DNA from: a virus
Virus record (IMG/VR): IMGVR_UViG_2529292698_000003
Strand: one strand, 5' to 3'
Length of the DNA: 64,000 bases
In this document: in pieces, positions 55,907 through 64,000 of the stretch
How positions within the stretch are numbered: the stretch's first letter is position 1
How the letters are laid out: each line of letters begins with the position of its first letter
The notes under the pieces: generated by a model
What the model was told of the DNA's origin: nothing
Database searches by the model: none
The model's input: the letters and a program-made list of their open reading frames with translations, nothing else
Program-made: the position numbers and the translations under genes

Positions 55907-57766
55907 TTATAATGGTACTACTTTACCTTTAATATCTGTTTGTGGAAATTTAACTTCAAATATACTAGGATCTAAAGATGGGTATACTACTTGATTTTGG
56001 GTTGCTCCATCTATATCATATGAATATTGAGAATATCCTATATTAGTCCCAGCTTTATTTGCTATTTTTACATCTTTAACCGTTTGAACACCTCTAATAT
56101 TATCTAAGTTTATATATATTTCTCTTAATAGTATAGGTTGATTGATTTGCCATTTATCTTTAGAAAAATAATCTGTTAATTCGTTAATACATCTTAATAG
56201 CACTTCGTTATTATTATATTCTGGGAGTACTATGATTTCAAAATTAACTGATATGTTTATAATGAATGCGTCTCTAATTTCAATATTATCCCCAATAATT
56301 CTATTTTGGGAAAGATATGTTCTTAAATTTTGTTTTATAGTATTTGAGGGTTGTGAAAAATAACCTTGTGAGTTTTGAGTTAAACAATATAAGTTAAGAG
56401 TTTCAATTGTTGATACTTGGTTATCTGTTAATTTAGGTTGTTCAATAAATGCTTTAGATATAGCTCCATATTCTGAAGGCATACTTAATGCTCTTACTAA
56501 ATAATCATCAGCGGTAACAGATCGTTTTTGAGATGATACTAAGGATAAAGTATTTTGTCTAATTTCTTCAACAGTATCCCCTGCTCTACCACCAGAGGCA
56601 GCTTCAGGATTATTTGATGAAAGAGATCTAAAGATATAATTTGCAGTAGTTGCATTAAGATTAGTTTGATTAAAATTAATGTTAGTTGTATCAAGATCTG
56701 TTAAAGTATTAGCCTCAACATTTGAAGTAACTCCACCACCTGTTAAATATCTAACTGTTAAAGATGTATTTGAAGGCGCGATACCGTAAGTATCTGTGTA
56801 TAAAAAGTTAGTAGGTGAATATGCTGAGGTTAATTTGGATTGTTGAGTTAATAATCCTAATCCAACGTTATTAGGGTTTGGGATTATATCTTCATCATTA
56901 TCAGTTGCTGTTCCTGATCCAAATTGGATTTGTAATGTTCCTGCTGAAGTAAATCTAGTAGAGAATCTTCGTTGGACTTTTTCTAGACTTAGGAGATAAG
57001 GGACTTCTCCAGAATCTAATACATTATTAGGATCATTAACATTAGTATTTTTAATTTTTTTATAAACCATTTCTTGTCCCAAATGATCTACCTCGTACCA
57101 TACATTACCATCAGAATCTATAATATCTAATATTTTAACTATATTAGAGTTATTTATTTCAATTGTTGTAAAATTCTCTGGGGTAGTGAATGTAAAGGTT
57201 TGGGTATTGATTTTAGAGGAAATAGCTTTTCTACTCTTTTTTAAAAGATAATATTGTGGGGAATCACCTGAGATTTGATATACTGAAATTTCGGTTGGGT
57301 CTTGGGATGATGAAAATGAAAAATCTATTTTATCTTGCAATAAAAATGGGATATTTCCACCAGCTACCGAAGTAATTGTAGTATTTTCATTTATTGTTAA
57401 AGCATAGTCATAATCAGGTACTATAGTTCCCCCAAGGTTTTTAGCAGGGAGTTGTTGATAAAAATCAACTGTAGTTTGGGCTACCCCTGTTGTTTTAGGT
57501 TTATACCCAAACATATAAGATAACTCATAAACATTATTTGTTTGTTGAGCAAATTGAATAAAATTTTCTTGGAATTGGTTATCTAAATAGAAACTTAAAA
57601 CATCTCCTACATAAGAGGATTGTTCAATAATCATCATACCTGGGGAAGCAGGAGAGAAGTCATTGTAAGTATTTGGGAAATATGTCTTAGAAAATTCAAT
57701 TAATCTATTTCTAAAATCGGAGAAATCCCTATTTAAATATTTTATATCACGTTTGATAGTAGCCAT
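55907..57766 (-). CDS. Baseplate wedge subunit (gp6 / baseplate J-like)
   Basis: YLNRDF..F...L, YNDFSPASPG, LSYMFGYKP, FGSG, ASGG...DTVEEIR, RSVTADDY. Confidence 0.85.
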   Translation of the reverse strand: MATIKRDIKYLNRDFSDFRNRLIEFSKTYFPNTYNDFSPASPGMMIIEQSSYVGDVLSFYLDNQFQENFIQFAQQTNNVYELSYMFGYKPKTTGVAQTTVDFYQQLPAKNLGGTIVPDYDYALTINENTTITSVAGGNIPFLLQDKIDFSFSSSQDPTEISVYQISGDSPQYYLLKKSRKAISSKINTQTFTFTTPENFTTIEINNSNIVKILDIIDSDGNVWYEVDHLGQEMVYKKIKNTNVNDPNNVLDSGEVPYLLSLEKVQRRFSTRFTSAGTLQIQFGSGTATDNDEDIIPNPNNVGLGLLTQQSKLTSAYSPTNFLYTDTYGIAPSNTSLTVRYLTGGGVTSNVEANTLTDLDTTNINFNQTNLNATTANYIFRSLSSNNPEAASGGRAGDTVEEIRQNTLSLVSSQKRSVTADDYLVRALSMPSEYGAISKAFIEQPKLTDNQVSTIETLNLYCLTQNSQGYFSQPSNTIKQNLRTYLSQNRIIGDNIEIRDAFIINISVNFEIIVLPEYNNNEVLLRCINELTDYFSKDKWQINQPILLREIYINLDNIRGVQTVKDVKIANKAGTNIGYSQYSYDIDGATQNQVVYPSLDPSIFEVKFPQTDIKGKVVPL

Positions 57767-58173
57767 TATGTAAATGATATGTTAATTTCGTCTTGTATAT
57801 TAGTGTTTATAACCTTATAAGTGAAATTTATTGATATTTCATTATTATCTTCATTTCTAGAGACATTTAAATCCTCTATTTGAACATTTGGAAAGTAATT
57901 TCTTACTTTAAGAGATATATCTTCCAATAAAAACTCAATATTATCATTATATATTTGTTCAAAAATAAAATTTCTTATCCCACCCCCAAAAGTTGGATTT
58001 AATGGTCTTTCTCCAGGGTTAGTCAAAAAAAAGTTTATTAAATTATATTTTATAGAATCTTTAGTTTGATAATTTGACTTAAAAACAGCAGGACCATTAA
58101 AAGGAAGAGAAATACCAACAGCAGCACTGTTATTTAAATCTATAGGGAATATTTGCTGTTGTCCAAAAGCCAT
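57766..58173 (-). CDS. gp25: Baseplate wedge subunit (gp25-like)
   Basis: IKYNLINFFLTNPGERPLNPTFGGGIRNFIFE. Confidence 0.9.
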   Translation of the reverse strand: MAFGQQQIFPIDLNNSAAVGISLPFNGPAVFKSNYQTKDSIKYNLINFFLTNPGERPLNPTFGGGIRNFIFEQIYNDNIEFLLEDISLKVRNYFPNVQIEDLNVSRNEDNNEISINFTYKVINTNIQDEINISFT

Positions 58174-58508
58174 TATTTAGTATTTAATAAATTCATAATT
58201 TGATCCATCCCAACTTCTCCATTAGGAAGACTCCCATTTATAGGATCAGCCATAGGAGATGGGTTGAATTTTGGTTTAGCATCTTGACTAGTCATACTCA
58301 TCCCATTCAATACATCCATATACTTTTCTCTCATGTTAGCTGTTACTTCATTAGGTTTTGAAGATATATCAACTTGAGGGATTGAATGTTCTTGAACAAT
58401 TTGTGGTTTAGGAGCTTTTACAGCTTCTAAAAGGACTTCTTTTAGTTCTTCTTGGAAAGCTTCTTTTACTGCTTCTTTTATTAGTTTTTTAAAGATACTT
58501 GTTTTCAT
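58173..58508 (-). CDS. Hypothetical protein with leader-like N-terminus
   Basis: MKTSIFKKLIKEAVKEAFQEELKEVLLE; late motif at 58515. Confidence 0.7.
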   Translation of the reverse strand: MKTSIFKKLIKEAVKEAFQEELKEVLLEAVKAPKPQIVQEHSIPQVDISSKPNEVTANMREKYMDVLNGMSMTSQDAKPKFNPSPMADPINGSLPNGEVGMDQIMNLLNTK

Positions 58509-58527
58509 ATTGATTATAAATATTTAA

Positions 58528-59646
58528 TTAATCAGCTTTTAAATTATTAGTTTGTATATAAAATATAAGTTCATTGATTAATATTTGATCTGAGGAACTA
58601 AATGAGTATTCTCCTCGTAATAGTATAATACCTTGATCATTTTTAGCAACCGCTCTTTTTCGTTTAAGGTTATTAGTAGTAGGTTCTGTTTCAACATCAA
58701 AATTAAACCCATTAATTTGAACATTTTGTTGTTGGGTTGAAGATTGTTGTTGGTTGTTTAATTCTAATAAAGTAGTATTTATTTCTGCTAATTCAACTTC
58801 ATTATCCCCAACACAATTTTGGATTTGAAGATCTAAAGAATTCAATAAATCTATAATTTGTTGTAATCTTTCTGCTAAAGAAGATAAGCTTAAAACTAAA
58901 CCTGAAGTTAAACCAGAAAATTTTGCTATACCAGGTGTAAGTAAAAAGTTTTTAGTATCCTGTATTAATGGGACAAGTGAGGGGGTACCTGGGGGTAAAG
59001 TAGGTAGAGGTAATGTTTTTAAAACAGAAAATAAATCTTCAAATATGTTTGTTATATTTTCTAGTCCTTCAATAGAATTTAGAGTATTTGTTGTAGTTGT
59101 ATATATATTGTTTAACTGGGTTGTTAGTTTATTTCTTTTTTCGATTATAATATTTAATATAGTTGGGGGAGGACAGAATATACCTTGTGAGGGGTTTGGA
59201 TTTTCTAAAGGGTTATTTATCCCAAATTGAGATAATAAATCAAGTACTACAGGTAAAGATATACGAGTTATAGTATCTGATAAGTTATTTATACGAGATA
59301 TAGCTAAAGTATCAGCTGAAGGGTTTAGTTTTGATTTTAGAGAATCAGCATTTATTTTTTCTAATTCTTTTTGTTGTTGGATTTTATTATCTGTTACGGT
59401 TTTTAACTCTATTACACCTATATCTTCTTTAACTTTATTTGTTAAAGTAGTAACACGTTTGGTTTTATTATTGTATCCACTTAAACTGAAAGTTAGTATT
59501 AAAGGAGATTCTTCATCCCAGTCTCCATTTATAGAAAATTCCCCTTTTGAATTTGTAAAAACAATATTTACACCATCCCCAACTTGTACTCCTTTAAGTG
59601 CCTGTTGAGACATATCAACCACTATACCTTTAGTTGTATATTCCAT
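58528..59646 (-). CDS. Protein with carboxypeptidase-regulatory-like N-terminal domain and helical C-terminus
   Basis: KGIVVD...ALKGVQV...TNSKGEFSI...LTFSLSGY. Confidence 0.55.
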   Translation of the reverse strand: MEYTTKGIVVDMSQQALKGVQVGDGVNIVFTNSKGEFSINGDWDEESPLILTFSLSGYNNKTKRVTTLTNKVKEDIGVIELKTVTDNKIQQQKELEKINADSLKSKLNPSADTLAISRINNLSDTITRISLPVVLDLLSQFGINNPLENPNPSQGIFCPPPTILNIIIEKRNKLTTQLNNIYTTTTNTLNSIEGLENITNIFEDLFSVLKTLPLPTLPPGTPSLVPLIQDTKNFLLTPGIAKFSGLTSGLVLSLSSLAERLQQIIDLLNSLDLQIQNCVGDNEVELAEINTTLLELNNQQQSSTQQQNVQINGFNFDVETEPTTNNLKRKRAVAKNDQGIILLRGEYSFSSSDQILINELIFYIQTNNLKAD

Positions 59647-60906
59647 TTATATTGTTTTACTTACTTTAGATTTTAAAGTGGGCAATTGGGTTTGCAATTC
59701 ATTTAAAACTGAAAGGGTATTTGCAGCAGCGTTATTCATAGGAGCATTAGGAACAGGGACTCCTTCAGGGTATATTTGGTCTGTTAATAAAACATTACAA
59801 ATTGAGGTAAGTTGTGTGATTAAACGGGATAATAAATCTTCTGTTTTATTTCCCAATAAGATAGGTTCAGTTGCATTCTCATTACCCAGTTTAACATTTT
59901 GAGCATCTATATAAAGATTACGTGATTTTACATTCACATATTCTTCAGTAGATAAATTTATACCTTTTTTAGATCCTATTAAAATACTATCATTTTTAGC
60001 ATTTAATACAATTCTATCAGTATTAGCAAAAATTTGAGGACCTACATAATTATTTAAGGTTATTGCCCTACCCAAAGTACTAAAAGGAGTAAATCTATTT
60101 ATAATATTATCATCTATTGGAAGCTTTTGAGTTGAAGTTAAATAAATAGAAGATAAATCTTGGTTTATATCTTCTGTAATAGGAACCCATCCTTCCTCAG
60201 ATGAATTTGTTGGTTGACCATTTCTTAAGATTACAATAGGATCTCCATTTTCACCTGTTTCTGACCAATTGTTCTTATATTCACTATTAGATTTAGCAGT
60301 TGACCCAAATCTTAAACTATTTCCCCATCTACCTTCATATATAACATCTCCTGCAAATGGGAGAAGAGGATGGATATTTGATTTTTCAATAAAGGTATTT
60401 TGGCTAGGGTTTGATGGACTATTCAAATCTATTTCTGTAGAACCATCTGTTACTCTTCTAACCAATCCACCTTCAGTTTGTTGATAGTCTAACTGTTGTG
60501 ATGGAGGAAGATTGTTATTTCGTGGATTTGGAAGAGCATTATGATGAGGACTATTCCAAACATTATAAGATGGTAAATAATAATAATCTTCTCTTAAAGT
60601 AAGAGCATCTGTAGGGATAGGGAGGAGAAATAATTGGACTACCTCATTTATTATAGGTAAACTCTTAGATTGTGGTGAGTATGGTTTTGCTACCTTTTCA
60701 ATTCCAGGATTAGATTTATCAAAAACTTCAACAATGATAGTACCTAAACCATTCCATTGCCCAAAATCATTAAACCTAGGATGATTTTCATCTAAAACAA
60801 TATCCTTAACTCTACCAAAAATAGTAGTTTTTATCTTAGATGAGGAAGGGGTTGAATTAGATTGAAGGTTCCTAATAGCCCCTGTTAAACCAACTCGATT
60901 TATCAT
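59647..60906 (-). CDS. Baseplate hub / spike (gp5-like OB-fold N-terminus)
   Basis: GRVKDIVL, LPIINEVV, GDVIYEGRWGNSLRFGS, DRIVLNAK, LGNE.ATEPILLG. Confidence 0.65.
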   Translation of the reverse strand: MINRVGLTGAIRNLQSNSTPSSSKIKTTIFGRVKDIVLDENHPRFNDFGQWNGLGTIIVEVFDKSNPGIEKVAKPYSPQSKSLPIINEVVQLFLLPIPTDALTLREDYYYLPSYNVWNSPHHNALPNPRNNNLPPSQQLDYQQTEGGLVRRVTDGSTEIDLNSPSNPSQNTFIEKSNIHPLLPFAGDVIYEGRWGNSLRFGSTAKSNSEYKNNWSETGENGDPIVILRNGQPTNSSEEGWVPITEDINQDLSSIYLTSTQKLPIDDNIINRFTPFSTLGRAITLNNYVGPQIFANTDRIVLNAKNDSILIGSKKGINLSTEEYVNVKSRNLYIDAQNVKLGNENATEPILLGNKTEDLLSRLITQLTSICNVLLTDQIYPEGVPVPNAPMNNAAANTLSVLNELQTQLPTLKSKVSKTI

Positions 60907-61256
60907 TGTAATTTTTTAGGAGTTTTTGAATTAAAATTTTCTATTTCCTTAAATAATTGAGTTTTTTCTTCTTCCGATAAGCCAAAATCTTCTTCTGATT
61001 CTTTTCCTGTATTAAGGGCTCTTTGGATAATTGTAGCCATTTTAATAAGCTGCTCATCATTTTTTAACCCTAACTCCATATATTCCTTTATTAAAGGTAC
61101 TATAAGAGTAGCATCACCTATATCTGTAATTAAAGGTTTTAATTCTTGAATAAGAGCAGTAATTTGTTCTTCTTTTTTCTTTTGGTTAGAATATATTTCT
61201 TCTAAAAGTGTAGAGAATTTCTTCTTCCCAAATATTTTTTTATCTAGATTACTCAT
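60903..61256 (-). CDS. Hypothetical helical protein
   Basis: 117 aa; late motif at 61272. Confidence 0.7.
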   Translation of the reverse strand: MSNLDKKIFGKKKFSTLLEEIYSNQKKKEEQITALIQELKPLITDIGDATLIVPLIKEYMELGLKNDEQLIKMATIIQRALNTGKESEEDFGLSEEEKTQLFKEIENFNSKTPKKLQ

Positions 61257-61285
61257 AAAGACATGTTTGGTTATAAATATAGCCT

Positions 61286-62329
61286 TTATAATTCTTCAAA
61301 ATTTACATAACCATTTTCTAAATAAAACACATACTTTTCCTTAAAAATTTCAGAAAGTTCATTAGATATTTTAGTGATTTTTTGAGTTTTAAAATCACCC
61401 TGTTCTCTTAAATATATGTAAAGGGCTTTTTTATTAAAAACCTCTATATATTCTCTTTTTCTAAACAATTCTAAAACAGCATCAGCTACTTGAGCATCTT
61501 TAGTTTTAGGAAAAAAGTTATAAATATTAACATCTATATAATCCACAAAATCATCAATAAAGTTTGAAAATTGATCTTGGGAGGGAGATGAAGAATCTAA
61601 CCCATATGAAAAATCTAATGAATGGTGAAGATCTTCAATTGGTGAGGAATTAACTTTTTTATTATAATTTTTATTGTTATAATTTATTAACCACCGTTTT
61701 ACAATAGTACCAAAATATGAATATGCTTTAGGTGGGGTTAATTTCTTTAAACTAGAATAACATTCTTTACTTACTTTATTTTCATATTTCTCAATAAAAT
61801 CTCTTATTTTTTGAAGTGTGATTTTATCTGCATTATTTGTATATTCTAGGAAAGTACCTCGTTTAAAAAAACCAAATTCATCACAATATTTAGTACTAGT
61901 TTTCATCTTTTCAATGAATCCATCTTTACTAAGAGGATTATATTCTTCTTCCTCATCTAATTCTTTACTATATTTTTCTAAATAAGCCTCATAATCTCCA
62001 TTACCAAACTTTTTATTAATAATCTTAAATAATCTATCATCTATACTTTTACTATGATGATATAGACGCATTTTTTCCAATAAAAAAACTATAATTTCAT
62101 GTTGAAGATGCTCTAAGTCCTCAACATCAGTATTATAGAATTTAAAGGTATGGATAATATTCTGGGTGAGTTTAAAGAATGGGTAATGGATGCTTTTGGA
62201 ATAAATTTTACTTCTTTGATTAGAACTTTCAGTTTTATTATACAATAAAATAGCATCTTCAGTTTCTTGAGTAAAGTAATTTCTATTTTTTTTAGATTTA
62301 GGGGGCATAAAAATAAAATTATTTTTCAA
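61286..62329 (-). CDS. Putative phage sigma factor (gp55-like late sigma) with a ~110-aa insertion
   Basis: NYFT..TEDAI, LEHLQHE.IVFLLEK and KAYSYFGTIVKRWLI resemble sigma region 2 of T4-like gp55. Confidence 0.6.
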   Translation of the reverse strand: MKNNFIFMPPKSKKNRNYFTQETEDAILLYNKTESSNQRSKIYSKSIHYPFFKLTQNIIHTFKFYNTDVEDLEHLQHEIIVFLLEKMRLYHHSKSIDDRLFKIINKKFGNGDYEAYLEKYSKELDEEEEYNPLSKDGFIEKMKTSTKYCDEFGFFKRGTFLEYTNNADKITLQKIRDFIEKYENKVSKECYSSLKKLTPPKAYSYFGTIVKRWLINYNNKNYNKKVNSSPIEDLHHSLDFSYGLDSSSPSQDQFSNFIDDFVDYIDVNIYNFFPKTKDAQVADAVLELFRKREYIEVFNKKALYIYLREQGDFKTQKITKISNELSEIFKEKYVFYLENGYVNFEEL

Positions 62330-62600
62330 GATTTTTTATCTTGAATTCATTTAATATATTTTGGATGTTTTTAATCTCCTCAAAAAAGAAACCTATTTCA
62401 TCATCTGCCTTAAATGATCCTTTATGGTCTATTTCTTCAAGTTTTTTATCTGTAAACTCAATTATTTGAGAGAGTTTATCCAAATATTGAAGATACCCTA
62501 CTAGGATATCTTCTTGTTTTTCATTTTTTCTTAAAAGATTAATAGTTGTGAATCCGAGACTCACAACTAAAACACCTAAAACACATATTAAAATTATCAT
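62319..62600 (-). CDS. Hypothetical membrane-anchored protein
   Basis: N-terminal TM helix MIILICVLGVLVVSLGFTTI. Confidence 0.65.
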   Translation of the reverse strand: MIILICVLGVLVVSLGFTTINLLRKNEKQEDILVGYLQYLDKLSQIIEFTDKKLEEIDHKGSFKADDEIGFFFEEIKNIQNILNEFKIKNLEK

Positions 62601-63382
62601 ATCTTATCTAGTAAATTTTTAAGTCCATCACTTTGAATGCTTTTTAATGCTTTGTCTTTTGTGGGGACTTTTTTTGTTGTATTATCTAATATAAAATTCT
62701 TTTTTCTACTAGACACGGATTTTTCTTCCTCTTTTAATTTAGGTAACCATTCACGTTCAAACTCAATACGAGCAGCCATCAAATCCGCCTGATGAAGAAT
62801 GAAAGGTAATGATGTTCTTGGTTTTTGTTCTGGCATGTAGGCAAATAAATATTTTTTATTAGCTTCATCATATAAACCATCATGGGTCTGGATAGCTAGC
62901 ATCTCATTAAATGTATATTGGATACCATGAGACTGAAGCATAAACAAACCTCTATCGGGGACTGATGCGAATGGGACTTTAGTATTGAACATATAATCTT
63001 CACCTAGTTTTTCACGTCTCCATTTATCTGTCTGAGGGATATATGATTCATTATCTTCATCACCCATTTTACCTAAATCATGGTTAATAGCAGAGAATAC
63101 AAGTTCTTCTTTTGTAAACGTAGTCATATCTGCCCCTTCCTCAGCCCAAAGATCATATTGTTTAAGAGCACAACGTACAACACGATTTACATGTTCAACA
63201 TATCCACCTGGGAATGCATTATGGTACTCTTTTTTATGGGCAGCGGGCATTAAGATGATTCTCTCCTGGAATTTATCATAGAATTGGAGTAATTTACTTT
63301 TTCTTTCTCCTGTGATATATTTTTCAATATTGTCCTCAAATTCCTCCCAATTAGTCTGGATTTGTTCTGCTGTTAGTGTCAT
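62597..63382 (-). CDS. HD-domain phosphohydrolase
   Basis: YHNAFPGGYVEHV, INHDLGK, IQTHDG, ILHQAD. Confidence 0.9.
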   Translation of the reverse strand: MTLTAEQIQTNWEEFEDNIEKYITGERKSKLLQFYDKFQERIILMPAAHKKEYHNAFPGGYVEHVNRVVRCALKQYDLWAEEGADMTTFTKEELVFSAINHDLGKMGDEDNESYIPQTDKWRREKLGEDYMFNTKVPFASVPDRGLFMLQSHGIQYTFNEMLAIQTHDGLYDEANKKYLFAYMPEQKPRTSLPFILHQADLMAARIEFEREWLPKLKEEEKSVSSRKKNFILDNTTKKVPTKDKALKSIQSDGLKNLLDKI

Positions 63383-63403
63383 AACTTATTTTTTGATTAA
63401 TTA

Positions 63404-63571
63404 TTAATATTCTCTTTCTATAATGGAATTTAGATCTTCTACTAGTTCTTTTATTTCTGATATAACTTTCATTCCTCCAGTTATATCTCTTCTTAATAGT
63501 TCGGCTTTTAATTTATTAAGTTTTATATCTATCTGTTCAATTCTTCTTAATGATAAATTTTTATTTTTCAT
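63404..63571 (-). CDS. 55-aa hypothetical protein (not in ORF track)
   Basis: MKNKNLSLRRIEQIDIKLNKLKAELLRRDITGGMKVISEIKELVEDLNSIIEREY*; fills the gap on the coding strand. Confidence 0.7.
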   Translation of the reverse strand: MKNKNLSLRRIEQIDIKLNKLKAELLRRDITGGMKVISEIKELVEDLNSIIEREY

Positions 63572-63602
63572 ATTTTTTAATTATTTATTTTTAATGAAGT
63601 TA

Positions 63603-64000
63603 TCAAGTATTTTTTGGGGGATCAAGCTCTTTCAAAAAATTCTTAAAAGAAAACAAATAACTACATTTTTCATAATCTTCTACTTTTTCAAAGTATTTTA
63701 TACTCGAATCTAAAGCCAATAAAGTCTCATCATAGTTATGAACCACTATAATTTCAAAACCATTAATATCAAAATCCTTAACCCAATACCAGGCCCTATT
63801 ATGTACTAAAAAATCTTCAAATTCCTTAATATTCTCACTCCCATCTTTCTCTAAAATCCCTCTAATGTTTTTTCTAAAATATTCTTTATTATTAATAATC
63901 TTGGTAAACATTCCAAGTTTATATTGTGGGGTTTTTTTTAATTCTTCTAAATCATATCCCTCATGTTTTCCATGGAAAGTTTGGTAAAACTTATCTAAAT
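63603..64000 (-). CDS. Hypothetical protein, 5'-truncated by the window edge
   Basis: Frame stays open upstream of ATG 63911 to the edge (LDKFYQTFHGKHEGY...); C-terminal YFEKVEDYEKC UVR-like motif. Confidence 0.65.
   Translation of the reverse strand, partial: LDKFYQTFHGKHEGYDLEELKKTPQYKLGMFTKIINNKEYFRKNIRGILEKDGSENIKEFEDFLVHNRAWYWVKDFDINGFEIIVVHNYDETLLALDSSIKYFEKVEDYEKCSYLFSFKNFLKELDPPKNT

Noticed and set aside
2993-63713. All other plus-strand ORFs in the track
   Set aside because: Each lies wholly or largely opposite a well-supported minus-strand gene, with no recognisable motifs or initiation signals

Overview
A 64-kb fragment of a large, AT-rich T4-like myophage genome, probably from an uncultured phage of Bacteroidota/Flavobacteria (inferred from AT-rich gene starts with almost no Shine-Dalgarno sites). 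Every credible gene is on the minus strand and reads in the standard code. In coordinate order it holds a partial gp26-like gene, the tail tube, two tandem tail sheath paralogs, fibre-like proteins, neck proteins, PhoH, major capsid, scaffold, prohead protease, portal and large terminase. A ~17.5-kb block of mostly unknown proteins follows (26.4-43.9 kb), then an exonuclease, primase, GIY-YIG protein, the baseplate cluster, a gp55-like sigma factor and an HD hydrolase. The most striking feature is a candidate prohead-protease-processed virion cargo system. Many proteins in the 26-44 kb block share N-terminal leaders ending in (L/I)-x-E, like T4 capsid-targeting sequences. One 1856-aa polyprotein strings together a nucleotidyltransferase, two HEXXH domains, an R-S-E ADP-ribosyltransferase-like domain, an Fe/Mn superoxide dismutase, a Zn ribbon and a HAD nucleotidase, with (L/I)-x-E sites at the boundaries and a KDPFGLN linker repeated three times. 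Also found: three small ORFs missing from the track (including a 35-aa truncated duplicate of the nucleotidyltransferase), an inverted T4-late-promoter-like motif in front of late genes, and several structured intergenic elements. All family assignments come from motif recognition by eye; no database searches were run.
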